Of a DNA stretch of 64,000 nucleotides, positions 62,301 to 64,000 are shown in pieces. Position 1 is the stretch's first letter; each line of letters begins with the position of its first letter. The position numbers and the translations under genes are program-made. The notes beneath the pieces are model-generated. The model was not told the DNA's origin and ran no database searches. It worked only from the letters and a program-made list of their open reading frames with translations. This DNA is from Macrostomum lignano (lineage: Eukaryota), in the NCBI GenBank assembly GCA_002269645.1, contig NIVC01000218.1, positions 13,231-77,230 of the forward strand, in the 5' to 3' direction.

Positions 62301-64000
62301 CAAACAGCTTGTCATTGTAGCCTTCAACACGAATCACTTACAAACAGCTTGTCATTGTAGCCTCAACACGAATCACTTACAAACAGCTTGTCATTGTAGC
62401 CTCAACACGAATCACTTACAAACAGCTTGTTATTGTAGCCTTCAACACGAATCACTTACAAACAGCTTGTTATTGTAGCCTTCAACACGGATCACTTACA
62501 AACAGCTTGTCATTGTAGCCTTCAACACGAATCACTTACAAACAGCTTGTTATTGTAGCCTTCAACACGAATCACTTACAAACAGCTTGTTATTGTAGCC
62601 TTCAACACGAATCACTTACAAACAGCTTGTCATTGTAGCCTTCTACACGGATCACTTACAAACAGCTTGTCATTGTAGCCTTCAACACGAATCACTTACA
62701 AACAGCTTGTCATTGTAGCCTTCAACACGAATCACTTACAAACAGCTTGTCATTGTAGCCTTCAACACGAATCACTTACAAACAGCTTGTCATTGTAGCC
62801 TTCAACACGAATCACTTACAAACAGCTTGTCATTGTAGCCTTCAACACGAATCACTTACAAACAGCTTGTATTGTAGCCTTCAACACGAATCACTTACAA
62901 ACAGCTTGTCATTGTAGCCTCAACACGAATCACTTACAAACAGCTTGTCATTGTAGCCCTCAACACGAATCACTTACAAACAGCTTGTCATTGTAGCCTT
63001 CAACACGAATCACTTACAAACAGCTTGTATTGTAGCCTTCAACACGAATCACTTACAAACAGCTTGTATTGTAGCCTTCAACACGAATCACTTACAAACA
63101 GCTTGTCATTGTAGCCTTCAACACGAATCACTTACAAACAGCTTGTATTGTAGCCTTCAACACGAATCACTTACAAACAGCTTGTCATTGTAGCCTTCAA
63201 CACGAATCACTTACAAACAGCTTGTCATTGTAGCCTTCAACACGAATCACTTACAAACAGCTTGTCATTGTAGCCCTCAACACGAATCACTTACAAACAG
63301 CTTGTCATTGTAGCCTTCAACACGAATCACTTACAAACAGCTTGTTATTGTAGCCTTCACACGAATCACTTACAAACAGCTTGTCATTGTAGCCCTCAAC
63401 ACGAATCACTTACAAACAGCTTGTCATTGTAGCCTCAACACGAATCACTTACAAACAGCTTGTTCATTGTAGCCTTCAACACGATCACTTACAAACAGCT
63501 TGTCATTGTAGCCTTCAACACGAATCACTTACAAACAGCTTGTATTGTAGCCTTCAACACGAATCACTTACAAACAGCTTGTATTGTAGCCTTCAACACG
63601 AATCACTTACAAACAGCTTGCATTGTACTTCAACACGTCACTTACAAACAGCTTGTCATTGTAGCCTCAACACGAATCACTTACAAACAGCTTGTCATTG
63701 TAGCCTTCAACACGAATCACTTACAAACAGCTTGTCATTGTAGCCTTCAACACGAATCACTTACAAACAGCTTGTCATTGTAGCCTTCAACACGAATCAC
63801 TTACAAACAGCTTGTCATTGTAGCCTCAACACGAATCACTTACAAACAGCTTGTATTGTAGCCTTCACACATCACTTACAAACAGCTTGTCATTGTAGCC
63901 TTCAACACGAATCACTTACAAACAGCTTGTTATTGTAGCCTTCAACACGAATCACTTACAAACAGCTTGTCATGTAGCCTTCAACACGAATCACTTACAA
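59345..64000. repeat. 40-bp satellite AGCCTTCAACACGAATCACTTACAAACAGCTTGTCATTGT, more than 4.6 kb, runs off the window
   Basis: About 116 copies; C/T variant at one site; single-base losses increase to the right. Confidence 0.97.

Noticed and set aside
59345-64000. CRISPR-like arrays (40-bp and 44-bp units)
   Set aside because: Head-to-tail repeats with no unique spacers, no cas genes, eukaryotic context.

Overview
Repeat-rich animal genomic DNA: spliceosomal GT-AG introns, GC-rich exons with abundant CpG, and minisatellite-filled introns. A Macrostomum-like flatworm is my inference, not something shown. The minus strand carries, right to left: the 3' part of a nardilysin-like M16 peptidase (6 exons, 5' end off-window), a rhophilin (HR1-BRO1-PDZ; start codon not located), two intact copies of a geminin-like gene, and the 5' part of an EAG (KCNH1/5-type) potassium channel (7 exons, 3' end off-window). 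A 12-13 kb tandem duplication (about 10748-23742 and 23821-34942) copies the geminin-like gene, the rhophilin terminal PDZ exon and the eag upstream region. A putative two-exon, four-TM gene is nested antisense in a nardilysin intron. Mobile DNA includes two tRNA-derived SINE families, hAT MITEs with 8-bp TSDs, a 262-bp MITE with 3-bp TSDs, a truncated RTE-like LINE and a 2.55-kb foldback element. All coordinates were read by eye: exon boundaries are phase-checked, repeat boundaries are approximate, and no database searches were run.
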